Assembly: GCA_964019335.1 (NCBI GenBank)
Contig: OZ025736.1
Span: 124,001-188,000, forward strand
Origin: Diplonema japonicum
Taxonomy: Eukaryota; Protista; Euglenozoa: Diplonemea
Direction: 5' to 3'
Length of the DNA stretch: 64,000 nucleotides
Under the pieces are notes generated by a model, which had not been told where the DNA came from, made no database searches, and was given only the letters and a program-made list of their open reading frames with translations. Position 1 is the stretch's first letter. Each line of letters begins with the position of its first letter. The position numbers were made by a program, and so were the translations under genes. Below, piece by piece: positions 9,935-21,100 of the stretch.

Positions 9935-11851
9935 CTAACTAACAGGATCAGGGGAGCTGGGCGAGGCACCCGTGCACCAAGGTGCGGGGCCACCGTCGTT
10001 GACTGCCAGTCGCTGTTTTACAAGGGTACGGGACTCGTGCTTGGCCTCATTGACTAAAGCTTTGATGTTTGCACGATCGGTGACAACAGGGAACACCGGC
10101 ATGGGGATGTGCACTTGTTCACCCTTTTGCTGGAGGGCGGTCACTGCCCTGGTGCGCTCTAAAGCTTGCTTCGGAGCCCTGCCGCTCCCTGCTCCGCGTG
10201 CGAAATAATTTGTGTGGAAAGAGAATTCCACTTTCTTCGTTAGACGCAGTGCGATGTCTGTCTTCTGTTCGAGGGCAGCTTCCATGAACCTCTCGTTGCT
10301 CACCCAGTCGGAGATCTTGGTCTCCAGTGCCGCCTGCATTCTCAGATATTGCACCACCTTCTCACTGTACTCGACTTCTTTCGTTTTTGTGAATTTGTTG
10401 ATCAGTTCGGCTTTCACTACGACAGGAATCCCTCGCAGTTCGCCACGCTCTCGCTTCAGGCTGTTAAGGTCGGAGGTCTTGCACTGCACGCCCACGCTCC
10501 CTACAGCTCGCTTTTTCCCACCTGCCCGTTGGTCCGCCTTCTCGTTCTCTGCCACTCTGATCAGCCTGTCGATGTCCCTCACCATCTCGTCGATCACGGA
10601 GTCCCACTGCAGCGAGCAGATGAAGCGCCGGTAGTTTCTTATCAACACCAAGGCGCGGAAGTTGCGCTGCACGCTCTTCACAGCTTTCATGTAGATATCT
10701 ATGGCAAGGGGTATCTTCGTGATGTTCAGGTAATCCCGCGCGAACTTCTTGATTTTCTTGGTGGCGGTTACCTTCTTCATGTGCAACACAAACGATGTGA
10801 CTGCATCTCGCGGCTTGCTGACCTTCGGCGTCTGCGCGTCAGGTGGTGTGCTCCTCTCTGTGCTGCCTTGCCCCTTCGGCACTGTGTTCTTGTCCAAATT
10901 ACTGGCCAGCATCATCTTCATCGTGTCCACTATTCTGAAGTGTATCGTTGCCACGAGCCATGCTCCTGTCGCTGCCGTGTCACGTAACTTTTTCTTCGCT
11001 TCTGCCTCTCGCCGCTCTTCTCTGACCACTGGCTGCAGAAGCATCTCCTTGGTTTTTTGTATCTTGCTGTCGATTAGCTGTTTTGCCTTCAGTTGTGCTT
11101 GTCTCGTGCGCCGTTCCTTTTCGATGGCCTCTCTCTCCTGCCGCTGCCATCTTGAATCTGCAGTGTAGCGCGTGCCGACTGTCTTTATGTGTTCCCTGCA
11201 GTGGTTCCGCGTGCTGCGGATGTTCCCAAGCTTCTGCAGTTTCAGCGATTCAACGAATTCGAAGAACTCGTCGCGTTCCGCACCATCGGACTTCAGATGC
11301 TCGATCTTCCTGTGCAGCGTGGAGGTGACCGAGTAGTTGTTGGGTGTCGTCGTTCGCTTCCTCAAGGGCTGCGCTTTAGAAGTGGGCTGGAGGTCCTTCA
11401 TGGATGGCTGGATCATCGCAGGGTTTGCGTCGGGCGGTGCATTGCTGCCGAAAGCATGCCGTGTCTCGAGCAATGACGAGCACTCCGCAAACGTCCTACC
11501 CAGAGACTGTGTGGGCTCCAAGTTCTTCAGCCGTTGTATCACCGCTAACCTCTGCGTCTTGGTGTCGCCGTTGTCCCCGTCCATTCTGTCAAGGATCCCC
11601 ATCGCCTCGCTGCAGTTTCCATTTTGCAGCGACGCTGCCGGGGTCACGCTCCTTCCATGCGGAACAGCCCGCTTCGCACGCAGCTCACCAAGGAACCCCC
11701 TTGGCAGGTAGGAGCTCCCCGGTCTCGAGCACGCTGTTATAAAGATCTCCCTCGTCTCCGGGAACCCACTCTCAACCCTACTCCCGCACAAGGTTGACTT
11801 CCTGCTGGCTTTGTCCAGGAAGGGTAGGGGCAACCCGAAGGGCTCGTCCAT
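9935..11851 (-). CDS. Hypothetical coiled-coil protein with IQ-like motif
   Basis: 638-aa ORF with an ATG start, charged helical segments and an IQ-like VQRNFRALVLIRNY. Confidence 0.75.
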   Translation of the reverse strand: MDEPFGLPLPFLDKASRKSTLCGSRVESGFPETREIFITACSRPGSSYLPRGFLGELRAKRAVPHGRSVTPAASLQNGNCSEAMGILDRMDGDNGDTKTQRLAVIQRLKNLEPTQSLGRTFAECSSLLETRHAFGSNAPPDANPAMIQPSMKDLQPTSKAQPLRKRTTTPNNYSVTSTLHRKIEHLKSDGAERDEFFEFVESLKLQKLGNIRSTRNHCREHIKTVGTRYTADSRWQRQEREAIEKERRTRQAQLKAKQLIDSKIQKTKEMLLQPVVREERREAEAKKKLRDTAATGAWLVATIHFRIVDTMKMMLASNLDKNTVPKGQGSTERSTPPDAQTPKVSKPRDAVTSFVLHMKKVTATKKIKKFARDYLNITKIPLAIDIYMKAVKSVQRNFRALVLIRNYRRFICSLQWDSVIDEMVRDIDRLIRVAENEKADQRAGGKKRAVGSVGVQCKTSDLNSLKRERGELRGIPVVVKAELINKFTKTKEVEYSEKVVQYLRMQAALETKISDWVSNERFMEAALEQKTDIALRLTKKVEFSFHTNYFARGAGSGRAPKQALERTRAVTALQQKGEQVHIPMPVFPVVTDRANIKALVNEAKHESRTLVKQRLAVNDGGPAPWCTGASPSSPDPVS

Positions 11852-11963
11852 GGTGCGGAGGGGGCATGGGCTGCTGTGTGGTATTCATGAGTGGTACAAA
11901 GTAATATTCTGCATCGTATGGGGAACCCTTTTTTCTTCTTCCCCCCCCCCCCCCCCCCCCCCC

Positions 11964-13464
11964 TCAAAAGGCGAACGACTCAACCAGCTCGCCCCTCTTG
12001 TCGCTGTCCCTCATCTCATGCTCTATCTCATCGATTTCTTTGGGGATGCTTTGCGTGAGGTTCAGGTTGCCGTCGGACTGTTTGTATTTTATGCATTCCC
12101 CCTCCGCCTTGCCTGTTCCATACCGCTATGATGATGTTGTCTTCTATCCGCACGGAGATGCCACGGTACTTCTCAGGGATGATGTCCGAGTAGGGGAAGT
12201 ACATCCCTGGCTCGATGGTGTGCATAGTGCGTGGGTGAAGCTTGTCTCGGATCTGCGGGGGCGGCTGCTCGTGAATGTCCATCCCCATAAAGTGGCCGAA
12301 GGCATGGGGGAACACAGTGGAGACGATAGGCGACCCAGCCTGCGCTTCCTCGTCCCCCTTCGTCTTGTCCAGGACCCCGAGGTGGAGTAGCTCACGTGCC
12401 GTGAGGACCCTGTTGAGATGCTGCAATGACGCGACTGTTGTGCCGGGTGTGGCAGCATCGATCAGTTGTTTGTGAATTCTCAGGACTGCCTCGTATACGT
12501 CGCGCTGCGGCTCTGAAAAGACCCCGTCCACAGGCCATGTTCGTGTCACGTCTGTGGGATGCCCCCAGTACTCCGCACCTGCGTCCACAAGCAACAGGTC
12601 GCCGGATTTTAAAGTTTGCATGTTCTGCACATAATGAAGAGACAGCCCTGCAGCACCCCCTGCGATAACAGGAGGGTACGCCAGCCATTGCGCACCCTTT
12701 ATCCTCGCTGCATATTCCATCACTGCGTAGATGTGTGCCTCTGAGATGCCGGGCACTGTGGACCGCATGGCAGCTCTGAAGGCGTAGTCCGTGATGCTCG
12801 CTGACTTGGTGTGCATGTCAAGCTGTGGGTAGTTCTTGCATGTTCGCAAGGCGTCGAATAGGATGTCGGGGCTGTCGACCTTGAGCTCACCCGCTTCGCT
12901 TTTGACGTGAGTTTCGACGTCGGTCTGCCCTGTCTTGTGGAGGTACACTGTTGGGTTGCTGTGCGTTTTGAGAATGCTGCGGAATGTCTCTGCAAAACGC
13001 TTCTTTTCCACCGCCGCAGTGGGGCCGAAGTATTTCTTTGCGTTTTCCGTTCCCGTCATGACGCCTTCCCAAAGCTCCTTTTGCGGGTTTTTCTCCTCGA
13101 CGAAGAGTGTCCAGGTTGCCTCGCTTGAGGGGGATTTTTCAAATACTGCCACAGCCCCGGGTTCTAAGCACCCGGTTAAAAACCAGAAGTTCGATTCCTG
13201 TCTGAAGGCGTATGGGATGTCTCGGGTCATGACTTTGGTCGGATAGCCACACACCACCAGAACGGTCCCGGGGTTGAGTCCCTTCATGAGCGCTCTTCTT
13301 CGTGTTTCGTATTCTGTTTCACTGATGCCAGGTGTCACCTCGTTTTTCTTCATCAAATGCGGGTGTGTGAAGGGGGTCGCTTGGCCTATTCTCTCAGTCA
13401 TAGCTGAGTACCATCTCTCCCCTTGTGCCCTGCACGCTCGGGGCACCAATCGGGAGGTGTTCAT
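11964..13464 (-). CDS. Xaa-Pro aminopeptidase 3 / Icp55-like M24B peptidase (probably mitochondrial)
   Basis: FRQESNFWFLTG is present and the metal-ligand motifs are intact (DAGAE, DVTRT, HAFGHFMGMDIHE, TIEPG, RIEDN). Removing intron 12078-12123 (46 nt) restores SDGNLNLTQSIPKEIDEIE; stop at 11964-11966. The N-terminus is Arg-rich. Confidence 0.92.
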
Positions 13465-13732
13465 ATCCTTTGAGGGTGAGCTTGGGAAAATAATAATAAA
13501 AAAAAGATACAGGAAGGTATAAAAAGGGGGGATAAACAGCGTTCAACTCGTGCAATCTTGTGTTCATTTTTTTGGCTTTTTGTTTTTTTTTTTTTTCTCA
13601 GGAGACAAAAAAAGAGGAGGGGGGAAGAAGAGTGATACGTTTCAAGTGAACAATCCGTCTCCTTAGGTACAAAAGAAAGCGTCGTGGTGATCGTGGGAAT
13701 AAAAACTTAATTTTTTGTTTCGAATAGTTTGG

Positions 13733-14034
13733 TTAAGTGTTTCGAAACGGGGAGGAAAGGGCGGGGGGGGGGGGGTATAAGAAATCGTAAGGGTCATCTC
13801 TCTCAAAGGTCTTTTTTAGAAAAAAGAAAGAATAGAAAAAAATTATTTTTCAGTTTTCTTCTTTTTTTTTTTCTTTTTCTAAAATCGGAGGTCGAAGGTC
13901 AAGAATAAATCAATAAAAATAATATATATAAGAGACAAAGGAGGCCAGTGTTGGTGGCGCCTGCACAAGCACAAGTTAAGTGTTTCGAAACGGGGGGGGT
14001 GAGAAACCACAAATCGTAAGGGTTAAAGGTCTTT
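13733..14034. repeat. Local imperfect direct duplication
   Basis: GTTAAGTGTTTCGAAACGGGG...AAATCGTAAGGGT...AAAGGTCTTT occurs at about 13732-13814 and about 13975-14034. The piggyBac TTAA site overlaps the end of the second copy. Confidence 0.7.
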
Positions 14035-14036
14035 AA

Positions 14037-15510
14037 CCACTAAAGGACCGGGGGTTTTGGCGAAAAAAGTGCCAAGGACCGTCTATTTACGAACCCGGAA
14101 AAAAAAAATGCGAGAGTTTAACCATAGGAAAGTACACTATACCCTTTAAAAAGCACGTGACCCAGGGGGTAAAAAAAACAGTTTATTTTTCATGCAGGGG
14201 GGCTTACTTAGAGTTCATACGGGGTCGGGAGAGGAAATATACGACAAAGTACTGAGCATCACGAGCGACCCTGCTCAACCCACTCGAGGGCGCTTGGGCG
14301 GAGGACAGCCTCCCTCACTTTTTTTTTTTCCCACAGATGTCGATTTTCTTCGAACATTGGGTCCTGGCGGACGCTGGAGCCTTTGAGGATTTTTTTTTCA
14401 AACGTCCCCAGAATTGTCGGTATTTTACCATGTCAGGGTAGTCATTTTTTGTATGAAAAATCTCAAAGCACTCAGGGCACAGGGCAACATTGCACGTTTT
14501 GCAGGTGTAAAATTGTTTTTTTTTTTATTTTTGGCACAGCCTTGAGGTGAATTTCATACTATAGGCAAAGTCGTAGAGATTAAAGGCAAAATTATAGGCA
14601 AAGCCGAAAAGGTTAACACGGGTTTAGTACGGCCGTGCCACAAGAGGAACCGGATGCTGTCCGAACTCTGCCGCATGACTCTGTCATGGCGTGAGATTTG
14701 TTTGCTGGCCTCCTTTTTCGTTTTTCTGCCCACTGTCGTCTTCCGGAGTTGAACCGTGCCCATGGCCCTTGACCGGGGGTGGTATGCAGCTTTCCAGCTG
14801 GGGGAGTCCGGGAATGCAGCATCTCCACTTTTGATAGTGTCCCGTTGCCCTGTGAGCCAAGTGGACACAACAAGAAGATATGGAGAAATGTGGCGCGGCC
14901 AGGACACAGCCTATGTAAGGCGTTGCAATCTCTTCCTTTGTAGACCAGCAGTCCTTGACGCCCGCCCTGCAGACTTCGTCCATCAAGGCGGGCAGAACCC
15001 AGACGGCGATCCAGGTGTTCAGTTGTGCCACGTCTGCGTCGAATGTGGTGCCCTTGGATGTGGTGCCCTTGGATGTGGCATACACCTTCGAACAGCTGAT
15101 AATGGACCTCAGCAAGCTGTTTGTGACAAACAGAAAAGTTGTAGCCTATCCATGTTGCTGTTTGATGTTGCTGGACCCCTGTACCCATGTCACTTCCTGG
15201 CCGGTATACGGTTGATATTTGTCCCCCAACGCACACCACCCTCATCTGAGGTGGTGCTGGAGTTGGAAGAAGCACTTCCGAAGGTCCCGGGAAGCTGCTC
15301 TCAAATAATAAGTACAAAAGGACACCAAGCAACCCCCTTGGGGACGGGTTTTTGTGTTTATTCTTCGCGCAAAAGGGTATTTCAAATAAAAAAAAAATCG
15401 CGGAACAATGGGTCTTAGTAAAGTCCAGGGGCTGTGTGGCACAAAAAGTGTCACATACTGAAAAGATAATTTTTCTTAAGGACACATATGTCCTCATGGT
15501 CCTTTAGTGG
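14037..15510 (-). mobile_element. Decayed piggyBac-like DNA transposon
   Basis: TTAA|CCACTAAAGGACC...GGTCCTTTAGTGG|TTAA gives a perfect 13-bp TIR with TTAA duplication (14033-14036, 15511-15514). The minus-strand remnant LNTWIAVWVL...VKDCWSTKEEIATPYIGCVL...F...CVHL matches the piggyBac transposase DYWS...P....M.R.RF.....LHF region. Confidence 0.9.
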
Positions 15511-15615
15511 TTAAAAAAAAAGAAAGAAGGAAAGAAAGAAAAAAAAAATTATTATTTTTCATTAGAACTATTTTTTTTTTTCAAATAATCCTTTTTTTTT
15601 CCCTTTCCCGCAATC

Positions 15616-16902
15616 CTAATTAACGGCCAGTTCCTCCTCTCGCTCCGAGCTCTTCCTGGAAACAAGCTCCTCATCCGATTCAGAATGAAGCTCACAATGC
15701 TGCTCCTCCGCGGGCTTTACACTTCTCGACATTAGGACAAACGCAACAGCTATTGAGACAATAGAAAGCGTGCAAGCCGAGTAGATGACGACAAGCCCAC
15801 GTGTAGAACCAAGCGTTGCATAAAGGTATGCCAACAAAGGAGGCAGCACTATACCACCTGATGCACTTCCCAGCATAAGTACAGTGGCTTCCTTGCCTGA
15901 AAGCGGGAATGTTGATTCAAGTGCCGCCACAGTAGCAGGGAACACAGGTGCCAAGCCAAGCCCCTGCAGGATAGCTGCAACCCATAAGGGAGCCTCTCTA
16001 TCGGGGAGTGCAATCTGTATACCCCCGGACATTAACATCAACATGAGCCCCAGGCCCACCATGTTCATCCCGTTCAAGTTGAATGCGGAACTAAGCGGGC
16101 CCGCAACAACCCGGCCCAGCGCCATGGATCCCCAGAACCCCACTGTGATGCCCGTGGCCTCACTGTCAGTCAGGTTCCCGAACTCCTCGTCACCGCCCAT
16201 TGTCCACACAAGCCCACCGTAGCCTTGTTCCAACCCAACGTAAAGCATCAATATACACGATGCGAGCCCCACCAAAAGCCACTTTGAGGTCACGTCCTTT
16301 GCAGCTGCCGCCGTCGTGGGTGCCTCGGTTCGCTCCGGTTGTGTGGTTAGCATTAAGAGAAAGGCAAGGACGGCAAAGACCACCGCAATGAGGTAGAACG
16401 AGTAGTGGTAACCAAGCAAGAGGAGGAGAGGTGAGCCCAAGAGCGCCCCTAGAGCAAAACCTGCGTGCATTACATGGAGGTAGAACTCCATGTCGTCTGC
16501 CGTGAGCCAGATGAGAAGCAGGTTGGTGCTTGTGTCGCCGAAGCCCTCTGTGAGACCAGCCAGGCCTGCTGAGATACAGATGAGAACGAAATTTGTGCAG
16601 TTAGGTAGAACAACGTACCCCAACCCAGCAAGGAGGGTGACCAGCACGAGGCTTTTGTGCACGATTTCGATTTTTTTTTCAAGCACCCACCCGGCACCTA
16701 GAGCACCTGCCATGTACGCTACCCCCCTTGCACCAAACACAGCACCCGCACTCTGCAACCCTACATTCCCTCTTTTTTCAATTTCCGGCAGAGCCGGTCC
16801 CAGCATTGCCATCCCTGTGCCCAGCGTGGAAAAAATGCCGATGTAGCAGACTATGCAAACCCATTTGTTGACGTGGGGTGGGAACTCAGGGAAGGGCGGC
16901 AT
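15616..16902 (-). CDS. MFS transporter (MFSD4/NaGLT/fucose-permease-like)
   Basis: 428 aa with about 12 hydrophobic segments and the motifs LGPALP, HAGFALGALLGSP, LYVGLEQGYG and GFWGSMALGR. Confidence 0.88.
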   Translation of the reverse strand: MPPFPEFPPHVNKWVCIVCYIGIFSTLGTGMAMLGPALPEIEKRGNVGLQSAGAVFGARGVAYMAGALGAGWVLEKKIEIVHKSLVLVTLLAGLGYVVLPNCTNFVLICISAGLAGLTEGFGDTSTNLLLIWLTADDMEFYLHVMHAGFALGALLGSPLLLLLGYHYSFYLIAVVFAVLAFLLMLTTQPERTEAPTTAAAAKDVTSKWLLVGLASCILMLYVGLEQGYGGLVWTMGGDEEFGNLTDSEATGITVGFWGSMALGRVVAGPLSSAFNLNGMNMVGLGLMLMLMSGGIQIALPDREAPLWVAAILQGLGLAPVFPATVAALESTFPLSGKEATVLMLGSASGGIVLPPLLAYLYATLGSTRGLVVIYSACTLSIVSIAVAFVLMSRSVKPAEEQHCELHSESDEELVSRKSSEREEELAVN

Positions 16903-17322
16903 CGTGAATATCCTGTTTAGTCTGGTTCTTTTTTATCCTTTTCTTTTCTTCTTGAAACTTGACGGGGGGGGGGGGGGGGGGAGAGAAAAAGAAGGAAAAA
17001 AGAGAAAAAAAAAACAAAACCGAAATACTAACCAGGAAATAAAAACGAGGAAGAGGGGCGGGTTGGGAGAGAAAGAAATTGAATATAAAAATAAAATAAA
17101 GCGAAACAAAATCGGTGGTTGCGGGGGGGGGGGGGGGGGGATTTGCCCCCATGTATGGTTTTGTTGATATTCCTCGGGGGGAAGGGAAAAAAAAAAAAAG
17201 AAGGGGGCTGGCACGGCAGCTCCTACTTTGCCCCCAGCGCACCAAGACGCAACCTTGAGGAAGAAAGGAAATAAGTGAAAGGTTACCTTGTTACCACTCT
17301 CCTTCCTAAACTTTAATTACTG

Positions 17323-17359
<37 letters not shown>

Positions 17360-17888
17360 CTAAAACACCATTTAAAAAAAAGAGGGGACATCTGATTGGT
17401 GCCACTTAAGACCACGCATTTCCAGTGTTGCAGCGATTAGTTAGACAGACACTCTTAAGCGGTGTTGAGACGACTGCACTGCTCTTGGTCCTCTTACTAG
17501 GACTAGGGCTTCCATGAAAAATTTGTCTCAACCGTTCAAAACGCTCCCCCTCCCGCCCCTCATTCCCTTTTTTTTTTCCTTCTTCATTTCTTTCATTCAT
17601 CTATAAATGTTCACATGTAAAAAAAAATAAAATAAAATAAAAATAATAATTCAGTTCAAAATGGGGGGGTTTTTTTTTATTGTGTATTTTTTTGTGTTCC
17701 ATTTTTTTTTCTTCCCCCCTCCCCCAAAGACCCGAGTCACACAAGGGCCGGAGAAAAAAAAAAGAGAAAAAAAAAGAGCTAAAAAAGAGCTGGCGGTTTG
17801 TTATTTGTGCAAAGTCGGTTTTGTCCTAGAAAGCCGAACAAAGCTGCCTCGACTCTTTTTTAGCAAAAAAAAAAAAAAATTTATAGTG

Positions 17889-17919
<31 letters not shown>

Positions 17920-17945
17920 GGACAATTTATCAGAGGCCAACAAAC

Positions 17946-18046
17946 GGGGACGTACTTCGCTCCGCACCCGCTGCTAGACAACAGCGGGATGTCTCCCTGA
18001 CTGGTCTAGTGCAGTCACGCTGACCGGTCAATAATCGGCCGGCGGG
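17946..18046 (+). ncRNA. Candidate structured RNA element with complementary hairpin loops
   Basis: GC-rich island inside homopolymer DNA, with four stems. The loops CTAGAC and GTCTAG are complementary, and G-U pairs favour the + strand. No family recognised. Confidence 0.3.
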
Positions 18047-18137
18047 CACTATGACTCATAATAAAAAAAGCATATCCGATATTCCCTTTTAAAAAAAAAA
18101 AAATCTCAATTCGGCATTCCATTCCATTCCATTCCAA

Positions 18138-21100
18138 TCACTCAAGTGGATCTTCGTGTATTTCTGTCATCTCCGAAGAAACGAGCGAAAGGGAGTGCTC
18201 CCTTACTGGAGGGCAGTACCGGTAGTTGAGGTACAATTTAATCATAATGAGGAGCGCAACGAACACGGTAACAGATGCAACGATCAAGATGTAGAAAGCG
18301 GGTTTCTTTTTTTGCGAGCTCTCCTCAAGAGCAAGGCACTGTTGAACGGTAACGGACGAGAGAGTGGGAGGGCAGTCCATTCCCTCGAAATTAAGTCTGC
18401 ACAGCTCGAAAAGACTTGCTTCTGAAGGATGGGTGTCCTTTACAACCATAAGAACAGGCTTCCCAACTAATACTTTGAAACGATTCTCCACCTGTGCGGT
18501 AGTGAGTATTGTCTCCTCCCGTGTTTCGTAAGTAAATTCCATGTTTTTGTACAAGACCACCTGTGCACGAGAGACATTGAGCCCCTTGGCAACTTCGTCG
18601 GCAGTCAGATGTTGATGCGACAGGATCCTCCCCTTTGCACCTCTTCGTGTTCCCTCCTTGACCATTTCCTTTACCTCGCACACATCGTCTGACCCCTCCA
18701 AGTGTGCGATGCTGCTTCCTACTGTTGAGTATGTTTCCAATGTGAAGCTTGCTGTCAGATTGCACGAGCCTCCTGTTGTGTCCTCGACCACTTCGTAGTA
18801 CTCAAGCTGGTCCTCACCTGACAGCAAGATCGTCGCAACGTCCTTCTTTGTGAGGTATCCGACCAGCCCTACAGTCATCTTGTAGTACTCGGGGACGCCT
18901 AGGTCCAGAAAAACGCCTGTTTTGATTTTCATAGCTGCCTCTTTGCAGAGATCGTCCCCAGAGCGCCGTCCGGAGCGGTCGATGATCGTGAAGGTCACTT
19001 TGTCGTCGCCATGGAAGAAATGCACCACATTGTTGTCTGACTCTTCCAAGGCCGCCGCGACGCCGCTCTTTGTCGTCAGTGCCTTCACTGGTCGTGACAG
19101 GATGCCCTTGCACCTCCCCTGCACGCTGCTGATGTTGCATTTATCCGGTACTACAATGCTGAAGACAACCTTCCCAGGTGGTGAATTGTCCCAGTCGATG
19201 TTTGCCCCCACACCGCTGTTCCCACACTCCAGTCCTAGGTCTGTTGTCATGCTTGTCGTCAGTTTTGTTAGGTTCAGGTCCTCCAAGTTCCGCGACAGGT
19301 GCACTCCTGCTGTTCCTGGTTCGTACTTGCCCCAGTACTCAACGCAGCACACTGCGGTGTTCTCTGTAGAATTGGGCAGACAGTGTGTCACGTTTTGTGC
19401 TTTTTCACACAAAGGGAGCGGGTGCTCGTCTTTCAGCTTGTGCAGCGCAGGGCACGTGTAGTAGCTGCATGATGGGAGCCTACACCAGTCTCCTGTGCCT
19501 TTGTAGTCCCAGTATGAGATGTACTCTTCAGCATTGTGGTAAGGCGGTTCGCAATCGCAGTCGGGCCCCTTCGCGTGAGCAGGGCAGTTCACTTCACAGC
19601 ATGTGGCGTCGTCGCACTTCTCATCGCACACGGTCTTCCCATCAATGATCCTGTCGTGTGGGTCGGTGCAGGTGTGGGCCTTGCACGTCTGGTTGCACCC
19701 CGACACCTCCAACACCCCACCGTTTACTGCACAGTTGACACGTGCAGTGCCTACCCAGTTCGGGATGTCGCATGAGCAGTGGCACTCACGCGCGTTCCTA
19801 CAGGTTGCGATGTTCCCTTGGCACACCATGCCCGTGACGTTGTTCAGAGGCTTGCACACTGGTTCCTCGCAGCACATTTCATTGTTCGCAACATCGTCGG
19901 GAGTGCAGTCACCGAACATATCTGTCGAGGTGCACGGCTGACTGTCGGCAGTGTCGTTCGTCACCAAAGGGTCGTTGCATGTGTAGTTGCTGCACGTGTC
20001 GACTTGGCCATGGCAGCATAGTGCTGTGTTGCAGTTGCTGAGTTCCCCCGAGGGACACAATGCGTCGTTGCTCAGCTGTGGGTGGCAGTCGAACGCTTTG
20101 CACGTCACTTTACAGCTATGTTCGAAGTAACTAGCGTTGTTGGAGCAGCTGAGGTCCACGCTGCCGACGTAGCCGTCGTTGCAGTCGCACGACGGGGCGT
20201 TGCATGTCACAGTGCTGTTACACACAGCAGCTGATGTTACGCAGCTCGCGCCATTCCATTGGCATCTGGGGTTGGTGCATTCTTGCACGGATGCACTCTC
20301 GCAAGACTTGCAGCCACTGCTGCCCCAGAAACAGGAATACCGGGCCTCACAGTTCGCTGGTCCAGTAAGTTTCGTACAGTCCTCCCTGGTAGGCCACTCA
20401 CCTGCTAGTGGTTGACACGTGGCTGCTGCTGCGGTTTTGTTGTTTACCGAACAGATATTGGGGGTGCAGCACTTCGCAGTATTCATGTCATCATCGGCTG
20501 TGCACGTTACGTTGTTAGCTGTGTTAATGCATTCCGCAGTCCCGTTGAAGATGTGCATGTTCGAGGGGCAGGTGTAGGTAGAGCAAGAAGGCAGCACGCA
20601 GTACGGTGGGGTGGTAATGGTGTGGTAAGGAGCCACACACGTGCAGTTTGGCGGGGTGCCTGATAACGGTGCTGCGCAGCTGCAGCACAACTCAGGGGTA
20701 CATGATTGTGTGCCGTTGCTACACACGGTGCTGTTCACCTTGTTGTCGTAGTTATACGACAAGCAATCAAAGGTCGCACATGTCGCATCGCAGCCCGTGA
20801 TGTTCCAAGAGCCCCCATTAACCGGACAGGTGATATGGGGCACGCCACTGAAGCCAGCTGCACACGAACAACTTCCACAGGAACTCACATTGTTGCACAT
20901 GAGAATGCCAGCTGTACAGGTAACACTCTCGGAGGCGGCAGATGTTGTTGTGCAGTTGTTTTCAGCGCAGCATCTGTTGTCGTTCGCAAAGGGGGTGCAC
21001 GCAGTGTTGTTTGTTGCGGTGCATGCAAGCCAGTCTCGTCCGATGTCACTGCTGTAACCAGGTGAGCAGGTGTACGAGTTGCACCTCGGGACGTTCGTGC

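Noticed and set aside
14613-15497. Intact protein genes inside the piggyBac (294-aa and 220-aa ORFs)
   Set aside because: Transposase similarity switches between frames, so these are open frames across a pseudogene.
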